Assembly (NCBI GenBank): GCA_964016885.1
Contig: OZ024757.1
Location: 36,642,001-36,706,000 of the forward strand
Length of the DNA: 64,000 nucleotides
Direction of reading: 5' to 3'
Source: Eledone cirrhosa
Taxonomy: Eukaryota
The notes under the pieces are model-generated. The model worked only from the letters and a program-made list of their open reading frames with translations. It was not told the origin of the DNA and made no database searches. Below, piece by piece: positions 26,760 to 51,569 of the stretch (within the stretch, counting starts at the first letter, position 1; every line of letters begins with the position of its first letter). The translations under genes were made by a program, and so were the position numbers.

Positions 26760-28080
26760 TTAACTAATGTCTTCTTCATTTTCTTCAAGCCCAAATATTT
26801 CAGGATGAAATTCAAAACATCCATACCACTGTGGGACATTATCTTTAACGACGTTGCAATGTAAGGTGTAGGAGTTTGCTGGGTCCTCCCAGGTCTTTGA
26901 CAACAGAACATCTCCCCAAGTAGTCGGCCCAAAGTACAGCATTGACATTCGGCTGAGGCAATAGCTATGAAACTTTGTCGAAATCTGTGGAAAGAAGCCT
27001 TTTAAGGAAGCAATGCTGGCATTTTCTGCGAAATAACGCACATAGGAAGAACACCTCGTTCTGCTGAGTGCGTCGACGTCTGTGAGGGGAACAGAGAATA
27101 TATGGTTGTGTGTTTCAAGAGGTATTTCTGGAGGCTTTATCACGTAGGGTTTCACAGGCTCGGCGAGATGTTTCTCGTGTTTCATTAACCACCATTCAGG
27201 TAATGCACAGCTCTTACTAGTGTCTGCCTTCACGACGGCATGTATGTTCTTCAATATAATCGATGGTTTCATTTTGCCTCCACATATCATACCACATGTA
27301 GTCATCAACGATTTCTCGTTGATGTGTGACAGCTTCAACGAGACTCCAAGTGGTGCTTTCGGAGTTGTGGTTTCATAAAAGCCACTTCGGATTTCCATGT
27401 GCACAGCTTTTGTGATTGTGGTGACATTGTTTTCCAGCAAAGATTTGTAGTCGAGAAAAGACGACTCATGGTGAAAGAAAGCCGCAAATTCAACTCGACT
27501 GATCATGTCATAGATTCTCCAAACATCTGGGAGACCTGAAAAATATTATTTATAAAGATACATAAATATATAAATTCCTGTTTCAAATTCCAATATAACT
27601 AAACAAACAAGTGTTTTAAGGCCATATTCTCTACTAAAGCAGGAGATAGCCATGCTGGCCCCATGACATAGGGTTGTTTTTAAGACAAGGTTTTACAGTG
27701 AGCTACTCTTCCTGACACCAACCCTTTTAGTTGCCTCTTACAAACAGGGATACAGTGTACCTATTCTAAACTGGCTACACAAAGCTATATATATATCTTA
27801 CGTTAAAAATCTTTCATCTTGATGTAATAGTCACTTATATGTCTGAATTATTGTCGGCTTTTTGCTTACATTAATTTCTCTATTTTCATTTATATTTATA
27901 TATATATATATATATTTGAAGCAATCTTTTACAGCTAGATACTCTTTGTAACACCAACCCTTTTAGCCATGTGTTACAAAACTCAGGGATACAGATATTC
28001 TAAACTGGATATATATATATATATATATATATAAATGAAAGGTATAGAAATTATTGTGAGCAAGAAGCCAACAGTATTTC

Positions 28081-28126
<46 letters not shown>

Positions 28127-28594
28127 TATATATATAGTTCAAGGAGACAACAAACAGAGGTACGAAAAGCCTTATTAGTTTCAAGCTTTATATGTATCTG
28201 GTTTAAGCCCTTCTTCAGGAGTACAAAATAAAGACAGGATCAAATATATATATTTTGAGGCCATGTTTTACAACCAGCTGTTCTTAGTAACACCAACTCT
28301 TTTAATCATGTGTTAAAACACACAGGGATACAGTGTACTTATTCAAAACTGGATACACAGAAAAGGCTTTAATTTTCTTATGTGATGCAAACATATTGCT
28401 GTTATGTATTTTTCAAGAATGTCTTGCTAATGTGGTTTCAAGTGGGACAGGACTTTAGCAGTGAATTAAATACTTGTACAGTGACAAACTAACCTGCATT
28501 ATCGAGGTCATCATAGCGGAGACCAGGGAGGACCACATCAACATGATTACGCTGCCTGTTCACATTGATCCGAAGATTCAAAGATGGGTAGGAC
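26760..28594 (-). CDS. Double-hotdog-fold / acyl-ACP thioesterase-like protein, last two coding exons; start exon not located
   Basis: Exons 28494-28594 and 26760-27535 join in phase 1: [34 protein letters not shown]|[71 protein letters not shown]. Two hotdog-like motifs (RYDDLDxxG and TDVD..Y). The family call rests on motif recall only. Confidence 0.7.
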
Positions 28595-29256
28595 CTGAAA
28601 AATAGTTAAAGTAGAATTAGTAAGATAGATTACATATAGTAAAAAGATCAGTTGGAGACGGTTGCTTCTGACAAGACCCGCTGTAGGGAATGTTTGAGGA
28701 CTCTGCCCTCCATGACTTTCTCAGGAATAAGTGGGCGAAGAAGAAAAAAAACTTGGTAAAGTTGGTAGAATGTCAAAAGGAATATTTCATAGCAATTGAT
28801 GCGGAGGTGTATGACCTAGTGGTAAGGGTATTGGACGATCATGATGTTATAGGTTCAATTCCTACTCCAGTATACTCAGCTGAAAATAAGTACCCGCAAT
28901 AGCTGTGTGTTTAACCCACCAATGGACTCTATAAGTTTATGAATATATAAATACACATACACACACACACATATATATATATATGTATATATATATATAT
29001 GTATATATACACACACACATATATATATATACACACATAAATGTGTGTGTATATATATTTATGTGTGTGTATGTATTGCATGTATGTGTGTGTGTCCGTA
29101 TGTGTGCGTGTCTGTCTGTGTTCGTATGTGTGTGTATAATATAACATTTGTAACATACTTTGGTTGAAAGTAAGAATAAACACATTCTCAAAAGGTCATC
29201 AGCTCTCTTTCAAGGTTAGCTTAGCTTTATATTGTAAGTGAATAAAAAAAAAAAAA

Positions 29257-30030
29257 CCCAGTTGGAACCATCTGTGTTGTCCAGAAGTGACGGCAAAAGA
29301 TCTGACGGTCTTACCCTGTGCCCCTGGTCGAGAGGCAGGTGCCTTGTCTGGGATGTCACTGTTAGTGAGTCCTTTGCTCTTTCCCACATCCTGAATGCTG
29401 CGGTTAGGACGAGAGCCACAGCTTCTGCAGCCGAGCGGAGTAAGACCCTCAAATACTCTGATCTGTCGGCCAGCTACATTCTTCAGCCTGTGACTTTCGA
29501 GACGTTTGGGGGAGTCGGGCCGCTGACTGCGAGGTTCCTTTCCTCACTGGCGGCTCGCCTAATAGAGGTGACTGGCAAATCTCACGAGGGCGTTTGGCTG
29601 TTTTAGCGCATCAGCCTCGCCATCACCCGAGGTAACACCGCGAGTGTGCTGGCTTGCCTAAAAACTCATTAGAGAGGTTGCCCAGTACTCGCGACGTTGC
29701 TGTCTTTTGCTCTGGTGTTGGCTCCGTTGCTCACCCCTTCTTTTACATTTTCATTAATATTGTAGCATTGAAGGAATATATCTTTCATTATATCATCCTT
29801 TGTAGTGTTACCGAAGCATTTGTAATGTTATTTATGTATTTATTTAAAACATATTTGTTATGTTATTCTACTGTAAATTTATTTATATGCTGTTTATATT
29901 TTCATTCTGAAGGAATTGCAAACGATTTGTAATTTGTTTGTGCAACTATGAAGTATTAATTGTATTATTGGTGTTTATATTTTCATTCTTTACTAAATAA
30001 AAGAATTTATATTTAAATCGTTAAAATAAA
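29257..30030 (+). mobile_element. 5'-truncated CRE-like non-LTR retrotransposon remnant (REL endonuclease C-terminus + 3' UTR)
   Basis: GKRSDGLTLCPWSRGRCLVWDVTV..AERSKTLKY..PVTFETFGGVG..WLF*RISLAITRGN follows the PD..D/E REL endonuclease pattern, with an in-frame stop at 29604-29606. An AT-rich 3' UTR with AATAAA (~29996) follows. Confidence 0.8.
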
Positions 30031-30150
30031 AAAAGATATCAAAAATAGATGTGAGGTTAAAACTATCCCATTTACATTTGTAATAATTTGGTTGCTTTCA
30101 AGAAACCACTGGTAAATGAAATAATTATCTCATGTTGTTTATTACATAAC

Positions 30151-30240
<90 letters not shown>

Positions 30241-30252
30241 TATACACACACA

Positions 30253-30419
30253 CATGGCCTCCAAGAAAAATTTTGCAAGGCGGTACAAAACCCCTCTGGG
30301 GCCTGAAGCAGGAAAAGAGTTTTCTCAGAATGGATGTTGCATGGTCGCTGTGAGGCCTTCTTAACTCTTAGACCCCAGAACAAAGTACCAACTGGACACC
30401 ACCCGTCTCATAGGCCCTG
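30253..30419. mobile_element. hAT-type MITE abutting the 3' end of the RTE
   Basis: Similar to 63175-63338 over its whole length. Confidence 0.75.
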
Positions 30420-30436
30420 TATATATATATATATAT

Positions 30437-34711
<4,275 letters not shown>

Positions 34712-35238
34712 ACTTATTGACACTTATACGTACGACATACACACACACGCATACATATGCGTGCACACAGCAACACTCACACACACAGCAAACACACACA
34801 CACGCTACTCTACTCACTTACACGCACACACACACATATATATATATATATTACCGTCATTACTGATACAAGATTACCAGATTATGTCAACTGTTGACTT
34901 TCAAGAGTTTGTATAGTTGAAGCCGATCGTATTACAGTCCAGTATTACTATAATTGCTTTACAGCATAGAGTTATGGCTCTCCACGGAGTCAACAAAAGA
35001 GAGTACCAGTGATGCGCTGGCCAGTCGCTGGATCCGTGCCAAAAGCAGAAAAATTATTATTAAAGTTGTTCTTAAGGCCAGGTCGCTGGTGATGGTGATG
35101 GCGACGGCGGTGGCGGTGGTGGTGGTGGTGGCAGTTGATGTTGTTGTTCTGTTGTGTGTGTGTCTGTGTGTGTGTGTTTTGTTATTTTGAGTTTTTTTTT
35201 TTTTTTTTTTTTCTCCTTTCTTTTTTTTTTTTTTTTCT

Positions 35239-35294
<56 letters not shown>

Positions 35295-36278
35295 CATACA
35301 TACACAATAAAGAAACAAAACTATCCCTCTAGGAAAGTCATGAAATATCTAACGTTTTAGAAGAGTTGTTAGCTGCCGAGACACTGCATCCTTTAAGACA
35401 CTCATGCTTCCCGAAATACGCCAAAACTACACCTGATGTACCCCTTCCATACACATGCACACGTGTGTATCATGACTCGTGCACTGTTCATTTTACTGAT
35501 GTTTGTGCATTGCCCTATGTACTGTACATGCACTTTTTGATGAGTTATGGTGCACCTGGGCACTGTACACTATTATTATTATTGTTGTTATTATATCATA
35601 ACTCATATACTGTTCATTTTCCTGACATTTGTACATTATTCTATGTACTATACATGCACCTTTGATGAGTTGTAGTGCACCTGAGCACTGTACACAATAA
35701 TTTCATTATTATTATTATATAAGATCATACAAGAAAAAGAAGGACATTTATCAGAGAAGAGGCGGGTCATGAACAAATGTCAAGTTAACTTGCGTTTTTT
35801 TTAGTAAATGTTATACGGATGCGATAGGCAGCACGTGTGAGATGTTACACCAAAATAAACCAACATAGGGGGGCGGGCAGTATAACAATATAGTAGTATT
35901 ATTAGAACAAACAATATAGTAATATTAGTAGATATTGGTTTCTGATTTAGGAGCAAGACCCCCTCAACAATTTTGTGGGAAAAGAAAAGTCGATTATTTC
36001 GACCCCAGTGTATTTCTGGTACTTTATTTTATCGACTCTGTAAGGATGAAAAGCAAAGCTAAGATGTAAACAACCAAGTTATGTATGTAGGTAAAAGGTA
36101 AACAGAAATAAAGTAAACGGCACAGTACATGGAAGAAATATATTAGTTTAACGCTTGAAATAGCAGAAAGAGGGTCTTACCATTTTGGACACTAGTCTTT
36201 CATTAGAAGATAGAAAGTAAAGAGTGATAGGAAGGAACCGGAGAAAAAAATACAACACACGTGCGTATTCAGTCGGCC

Positions 36279-36335
<57 letters not shown>

Positions 36336-38814
36336 AGGAGGGGAGTTTTATTGTAGCACAATAAAGCAATGCAAATATCGGATAAGTAGCACTCAACAGT
36401 TTATAGGACTGGAGTATAAATAATATAAAATCAAAAGATAGTTAAAAGAGTTCCATTTATTTTATTATGCGTATTTCAAAAACAAATATCATCCCATGAT
36501 GATATTTGTTTTTGAAATGCGCATAATAAAATACATGGAACTCTTTTAACCATCTTTTGATTTTATATATTATATATATATAGTTGATAAATGAAATAAA
36601 CAAAACACATGAGGCAATTTTACAGTCTCATTTATATATATATATATATATATATACAGACTAAGAAGAAAAAATTGGATAAGTTTGGTCTGACTATTCT
36701 TCAAACTTATATATATATTACAAATTTCTCAAAAGAATTGTCAGCAATTTGAAATATTATTTATGTAAGAATTATGTAAGAATGTTATTTATGTAAGAAT
36801 TATGAATAATTTGTACGTATATGCTGAACATTATAATTATTAGTACATAAATGTAATAATTATATACTAGAAATATATTATCTGGTGTTTGGGACATAAC
36901 TAAATAAAAGAATTTATGTAAAACTACGATGGAAGATTTTTAGATAAATATAAACACTTTAACTCTTTTAATACAAAGGTTTCTAATAAAAGCTTTCGAA
37001 TAATTTTGAAAATAATCAAAATTTGGAGGGACTTACTAATATAACAAACTTTCTCATTATTAAGCTGGTGTTTGGAACATAACTTAACACAGGTTCTTGC
37101 ATAGAATTACAATAGTTCTTTTTTTTAGAAAAAATATAAACACTTTAACTCTTAAACAGTTGTTTTTAACATAAAACATATACAGTTTTGGTATTTAAAA
37201 TATTTTAAACACAAATATAACTAACAATAGAACCAGCTTTATAAACATGACAATACTTTCTCTCTCTCTGTGTATATATACAGATACACACACACATATA
37301 TATATACATATACATGTGTGTGCGAGTACCTCGTTCAATAGGGGCTAACCACAGCAAGTAAGGTACTCAATACATTAATTGTTTCTACTTTTGGCACAAG
37401 GCCAGCAAATACCCAGTGCATTACTGGTACTTTATTTTATCGACCCTGTAAGGATGAAAGGCAAAGTTAATCTCGGCGGGAATACATTAATAAAATGTAA
37501 ACATTATGTTTAATATAGAAATGGCTTCTACAGGACTAGAACCGTTTCATTCAAAAGAAATCATTAGTCCTTGTCCTGTAGAAACCATTTCTATATTAAA
37601 CATAATATATATATATATATATATGCTAGTCCCGTTAACCTCTTATTATATATATATATTGTGTTTTTGCATGTCTATGCTTAGCTTGTCTAGTCTTGAG
37701 CTATATGTATATATGTAGATTCCCGAGCTGTGTCGGAGGATAACCACAGTTAAAAAAGGGTACTCAATACATTAATAGAGTGTAGGTATCTTTATATATA
37801 TATAATTGTTTCTACTTTTGGCACAAGGCCAGCAATTATCCTAATGCGTTACTGGTGCTTTATTTTATCGATCCTCAAAGGATGAAAGGCAAAGCTAATC
37901 TCGGCGGGATTTGAATATTATATATATATATATATAGAGAGAGAGATGACTTTTACAGGATTAGAACTGTTTCATTCGTATGAAATCCTCATGGGGATTT
38001 TATCCGAATGAAACAGTTCTAGTCCTGCAGAAGTCATCTCTCTCTCTATATAATATAATATAATATATCGAGGGGAGAATGTTGGCTCCGATAAACAAGG
38101 TCAATTAAAAATTGGTTTGGTTTCGTTTACAGTCTATTTCTCAAGGATGTTTGTTTTTTTTAAAAGGAAACAAGTTCCTTTATAGAAATAGTGAAATAAA
38201 ATATTGTTTGTTCGTCTATTTTCCCCAAAAACTATTTGTCAAAACAACATAAACAACAAACCTTAACAGACGTCTGATTGTCGACATAACGACAGAATGT
38301 AAACTCCTGACTTGGTCTAAACACAAATGAAAACTGGGAGTTACTTCCCCTGGTTTTTATAATACAACAACAATAAAACATAACACCATCACCACCACCC
38401 ATAAAACATAACAATAATAAAACCACTTCGCCCCCCTTTCTCTCTCACTGCAGTCACCGCCCTTTCGTCACGTACGAATCTAACCCTCACCCTATCGTCA
38501 CGTACAGCTGTTTCTATACAGGATTATCCGCTAGGCTGACTACAATAGCCAAAGCTTAGATAAATATTATAAACATACCGATTTATAGCAATAATAAAGA
38601 AATATAAACTATACTACAAATATAAACTATATATTGCAAATATATATTAGAGTTATAAAATATACATTACAAATATAAACTATATATTGTAGATATAAAT
38701 TATATATTATAGATATAAAATATATATAATAGATATAAAATATATATTACCTGCATATTACAGTACTCTTTACTAGCTTCAGTTATTAGACTGCGGTATT
38801 GCCTTCATTTAGTC

Positions 38815-39503
38815 CACAGGTTCTCAACCCATTTGGGCCATTTGTCCCTCGAAATCACGAACCCCCCCCCCCCCCCCTATTTTTCCATTTTTCAATATAT
38901 TACTGATTTTTATATCAGTAGATTACTAAAAAATTGATTAACAATATTCAAAAGATGTGTGTATTATCTGATTATGTGTTGTATGTGGTCCTAGATGTGT
39001 GTATTACCTGATTATGTGTTGTATGTGGTCCTAGATGTGTGTATTACCTGATTATGTGTTGTATGTGGTCCTAGATGTGTGTTTTTTCTTTTCTTTCTTT
39101 TATTTGTAATATTATTTATACAATAGGGAATAAAATAGATCTACATAGTGTTAACTCGTTGCGGTTGAGTCAATAATTTGAGACATGAAATACATTGTTA
39201 TCGGTGAAGGAAAAATAAGATTCTAACTGGCTGCGCTCAAAGTGTCTTTGACCCAGTTGACTGTGGGTTTTTCCATTTTTAGGATCTCAATTACCGGACA
39301 TGCCTGCACACCTGCTCACAGGTGCGGTCAGACTATAGTTATGCTGTCTGCAAGCTCATTCAAATGCATTCACACTGGCTGTCTCAAAGACAAACAAATA
39401 TGGCTTATAAAACTTACCAAAATAAAGAGCCTTCCAGCGCCCAACGCGACCTTGCTCCCAAACGCCCCCCAGGGGTGCATATGCCCCCCGTTGAGAACCT
39501 TTG
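38815..39503. mobile_element. Non-autonomous hAT-type DNA transposon (689 bp)
   Basis: TIRs CACAGGTTCTCAAC / GTTGAGAACCTTTG with a perfect 8-bp TSD ATTTAGTC (38807-38814 and 39504-39511). Confidence 0.85.
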
Positions 39504-41342
39504 ATTTAGTCAATCATATCAACCACAGTACTCTTTTACTGGTTTCAATTATTAGATTGCGGCCATGCTGGGGCATTACATTGATTTAGTCGATCATATC
39601 AACCCCAGAACTGTTTTCAGTCATTTTGAGGGGAGGGAAAAGTCGATTAAATTAACCCCAGTGTGTTACTGGTACTTTATTTCATCGACCCTCGTAAGGA
39701 TGAAAAGCAAAGCTAACCTAGGCGGGATTTTGGGACTGAGAACGTAAAGGGGCGTAACTATATGCCGCAAAGCATGTTGTCCGACGCTAAAGGAAATAAA
39801 ACGCTGTAAATTCAATATTTATGTATATCTTTATAAATATCGTTTACGTGACGAAATGGTTTGAGGGCGGGGTCTCTGTCTGCCTATACATCTCAGTCAC
39901 TGATACCATCACTGCCATCATACACAACCACTACCACCACACAAGAAGCAACACTCCGTCAACACCACACCACTACTACTACCATCAACATTGGACAGAC
40001 ATCACCACCACGACTGCCATCTACCCCCACCACCACCATCATTACAACTATGTATTCCAGTTCTTTGCACTGTTGAGACAATCATCATCATTCGACTGAC
40101 ACCACCACCACCACCACTGTTACTACCATCACCACCATTGGACTGACATCACCACCACTGTTACTACCATCATCACCACCACCACCACCACTGTTACTAC
40201 CATCATCACCATCGTTTTTACATCAGTATTCCCATGCTGGCATGAGTTGGACAGGACGTTTTGAGGCAATGTTTTATAATTGGTAGTCGTAGTAGTACTG
40301 TGAACACACGTGACCTAGTGGTAAGGGTGTTGGACTTATGATCATAATGTCGGGGATTCGATTCCTGGGCAGGGTTGTGCTGTGTCCTTGAGCAAAACAC
40401 TTCATTTCACATTGTTCCTGTATACTCCGCTGAAAATGAGTACCAGCAGCAATAGCTGGAGGTTTAACCCTGCGATGGACTGGCATCCTATCCAGGGGTG
40501 AGTGTTGTACTCAGAGTCGCTTCATGCCCCAGAATTTGGGATAAACAGACCTGATGAGCCTCCAAGCTTGAGACTTTAATTGCCCTTTTAATTGCTCCTC
40601 ACAATATGCAGGGATATGGTGTATCTATTTTAAACCAAATACATGAGATTGATAAATATAACACCAGTCAACAACTTGGGTCATTTCTGCGCCCTTGCTT
40701 TAACCCTTTAGTTACCAACCCGGCCAAAACTAGCTCAGGTTCTATGAAATAAAAGCCACACATTTTAAAGGTTTCCAATTTAAATTAAAATCTTCCAGCA
40801 TAATTGTATATAACAACATTGTATTAAAATACTATCTTAGTAATGAAATAATTAATAATTTTAGTAAATCCCTCAAAATTCTTAATTAACCCTTTAGCAT
40901 TTAAACTGGCTATATCCAGCCAGAATTATTTTCTCTCTTTCTGTTCAAACTGGCTGTAACTGGCCACTCATACTGATGTTAAGGTAATGTTCTCAAAATA
41001 AATAAATATCAAAATCTCATAGATTCAATATTATGCAAGATAAAGTGTTTACCATGTAAATAAAGAGTAATGTAAATGCTACTTCATTAATTAATCAAAA
41101 TACAGAGTATTTCATTAGAAATGCAGTCATGAAAGGGTTAAATAATGACTTCTAGGGTTTCTCTTATTTATTAATGTTATTAGCAGATGGATTTGTTAAT
41201 ATGTAAATACAATAGTTGTTGTAATATTGCCAACCATTAACCAGAACTGGCAACTCCTTCACCCAACACTGTCTACCTTGACAATATCATCCACTTACCT
41301 GTTAAAACTATACATAATTACCTGTCTGGAACTTATATAACA

Positions 41343-41388
<46 letters not shown>

Positions 41389-41533
41389 GCATACATATAT
41401 ACATACATTAGCCTTCTTTAACTCTTCAACAGCTTATGAAGGTCAAAAATAACATTACTAACACTGACACGATATATATATATCATTACCACCACAGATA
41501 AACTCTAGGCTATTTTTCTATTCCTTCTCTCTC

Positions 41534-41574
41534 TCTGATTCTGATGAAGGACTAATGTCTGAAATGTCAAGACT
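41534..41574 (+). ncRNA. Minimal hammerhead-like motif in a dispersed repeat (sister copy 17553-17592)
   Basis: tt CTGATGA a-ggac-taat-gtct GAAA tg TC aa. Flanks (41500-41640) resemble 17500-17650, where the motif reads tctt CTGATGA agg..cc AAAA cg TT aaga. Confidence 0.45.
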
Positions 41575-42779
41575 TTTTCCCTACTATATCAAGTGTTAAA
41601 CTAACATATATCATTGTTGTACTGTACTGTTCTCCTGTGTTATTTAACCTTGTTGACTTTTCATAAACATAATATAATATACATATGATATAAAATTGAG
41701 GGTAAATTACTTAATGAACCCTTTAATTACTGTATTTATAATGAAAGACAACGCCTATGTGTTTCAATTACTCCATTTCCAAGCATCAAAGAAAAATCGC
41801 TGGTTTCGTTTCCTAGAACAGGGACAGATTTGGACAGGTTGGGATCAAAAAAGTTAATTATAACCACACTAAATAGAAATTAAAAAAAATATAGTAAGAG
41901 AGAGAGAGTAAATTATAAAGGAAAAACCCATGTAGGTTTAGCTATCCTCTTACAAGGTTGTGTCTTGGGAGTTTTAATGATAGGGCCCCCAGTTTTATGT
42001 TGTTACAGCTCACACCCATATAGGTTTAATTGGTCGCCTACAAGGTTGTATCTGAAAGGAGTTTACTCAGAGATTTAGCTGGCCTCCTACAAGTTTGTAT
42101 CTCACAAGAGGTTTCTCGAACGTTTCAATGATAGGGCCTCTTAGTCCTAACATGATGTAGTTACTGCCCATATCTATGTAGGTTTAGCTGGCTTCCTACA
42201 AGTTTGTATCTCATAGGAAGGTTCTTAAATGTTTTAATGATAGGGCCTCTTAGTCCTATCATGATGTAGTTACAGCCCTTATCTATGTAGGTTTAGCTGG
42301 CCTCCTACAAGATTACACCTCATAGGAGGTTTCGCAAGTGATTTAAAGATAGGGGCTCCAGTCGAATCAAGAAAAGCAACATGAAATGAAGCATCTTAAT
42401 ACAATGCTCCACCCAGTCCAGGAATCAAACCCACAACCTTATGATTGTAAGTTCAACTCCCTAATCAAATTATGTAAGGAACAGAAGAAAAAAGGGTCCC
42501 AAATAGCTGAGAATACATTACTGACAAAGCTCTGTATTAGAACAAAAGCTGATGTTTGAATGTTTAATATTTATTAAGAATTAAAACAGTTAGCTTTCAT
42601 CAATTTTACATATATATATATATATAAAGGTAAGATATAAAGAGAGAGACAGAGAGATAGAAATATGTATGTATGCATGTGATATATATATGTATGTGTG
42701 TGTGTGTCTGTATATTGGAGACTTTTTTTTATGGATTTACTCTAAAAAGGGAGGTAATTCAATAGGTATATTCAGCCAT

Positions 42780-42930
42780 TTGATGGGTGTGTGTGGTTAA
42801 GGAGTTCACTTTGCAACTAACATGGCTTTGGGTTTTATTCCACTGTGTGGCATCTTGGGCAAGTGTCTTCTCTTTGTAGCCTCCAGTTAACCAATGCCTT
42901 GCAAGTGGAATTTGGTAGACAGAAACTGAA
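42780..42930 (+). mobile_element. CORE-type SINE (octopus OR-like)
   Basis: GTGGTTAAG head followed by GGCATCTTGGGCAAGTGTCTTCT..TTTGGTAGACAGAAACTGAAA. Confidence 0.65.
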
Positions 42931-43809
42931 ATATTGTCATGAGTGTGTATGTGTATATATATGTATGTATATATATATTTATTTGAACAAATAATGTCTA
43001 TATATATATATATATTTGAACAAATAATGTATATATATATATATAAGTTGAACAAATAATTTATAATATACATACATACACACAACAATATATGTGGCTG
43101 TGTGTTTATGTCCTGTAACTTAGCAATCCCACAAACAGAGATTGATAAACTACATACCCCATCAAGAGAGTGGTGTCCCACTTTCTATGTGTGTACATAA
43201 TATATCATTATTATTTAACGTCCACTTTCCATGCTAGCATGGGTTAGACGGCTTGTCCCATTTGAGGAAAGTTGGGTCAGGTGACAGAACCGTTTCTGGC
43301 TAGATTTCTACAGCTGGATGCCCTTCCTAACGTCAACCACATTTACAGTGTGTGCTGGGTGCTTTTTATCGTGACACCTACACGACCACATTACAGTGTG
43401 GACTGGGTGCTTTTTGTCGTGACACCTACACGACCACTTTACAGTGTGGACTGGGTGCTTTTTGTCGTGACACCTACACGACCTATATATATATATACAC
43501 ACACAACCTATATATATATAATGTGTATATATATATACATGTGTGTGTGTGTGTGTGTTTAAGAAAGTATATGTACATACATGTCTGTGTGTGTATGTTT
43601 TTTAACTCTTAAAAAAATGGCAAAGTTTTCTCTGAAGAATTGAAACAAAGACCAAGGAAATGAAGTGAGACAGTGAGAATGAACTAAACCACCATCCTGA
43701 GAAGAAGAAATTGTCTTGGGATAAAAAAACAAAGAAAGAGAGAGAGGACAGGAGCAGCACTGATGATTACTTTGTCTTGAAGTACAAGAGCCATTAGTAT
43801 AGAGAACTG

Positions 43810-50666
<6,857 letters not shown>

Positions 50667-51213
50667 TATCAGCCAGCATAGGATGTCTTTAAGATCCAAA
50701 CTTCTTCAGTAAATTAAATTTTATCTAGAAAGAAAAAGAATCCTTTAACTCTTTTTTTTTTAATACCAAAACTGCCTGAACCATCCTGATTTTATCATAC
50801 AAAACTGTTTACTAAAAAGTATTTAATATTTATCTATAATTTAATCAAGGAAGAGCCGTTAGAACATCAGATAGAATTGGAAGAGACATTAGAACATCAG
50901 ATAGAATTGGAAGAGACATTAGATCAGATAGAATGCTTTGCAGTATTCATTCCAGCTCTCTGAGTTCAAATCCTACTGAGGTCAACTTTGCCTTTCATCC
51001 TTTTGAGGTTGATAAATAAAGAACTATTCCAGTACTGGGGTCAATTTTTCCTCTCACTCTCTCTTTCTATCTTTCTCTGGAATAATTCTGCTATATTCAG
51101 ACCAAGAGAGGGGATGGGCTCTAGCAGGTTAAAAAACAATAAAATGCCCAAGAAACACTGTATGTCACAACAACACTCCTATGATTTCATCAGGAGTTAC
51201 AGATCAATACAAT

Positions 51214-51295
<82 letters not shown>

Positions 51296-51569
51296 AAATC
51301 TTTATAATAATTTCATGTTAGAACATTTTGTTAAGTTATTTGCCATACACCAGCTTAATAATTATTTTACTAAATCCCTCCAAATTCTTGAATATTTTCA
51401 AAATTAATTAAAATATATTGGTAAGGTATTTCATTAGAAATGTGGTCACTAATGGTAACGAAAGGGTTAACCACACATTTATATGTACACTCTATTCCTA
51501 ACACCCCCAACTAACCTCAGAGATGGCAGGTAATCAGAAAACTAGAAATGAATAATAAAATTTACAGCT

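Noticed and set aside
25446-26864. 472-aa and 382-aa ORFs
   Set aside because: Microsatellite artefacts.
29163-29213. Minus-strand CTGATGA flanked by TTGAAAG/CTTTCAA
   Set aside because: The core after stem II is too degenerate to call a hammerhead.
36170-36215. AAAATG|GTAAGA as candidate start exon for the thioesterase-like gene
   Set aside because: It ends in phase 0, whereas the exon at 28594 needs a phase-2 join.
40551-40575. CTGATGAGCC.. at a SINE 3' end
   Set aside because: No GAAA/UH core; part of the SINE tail.
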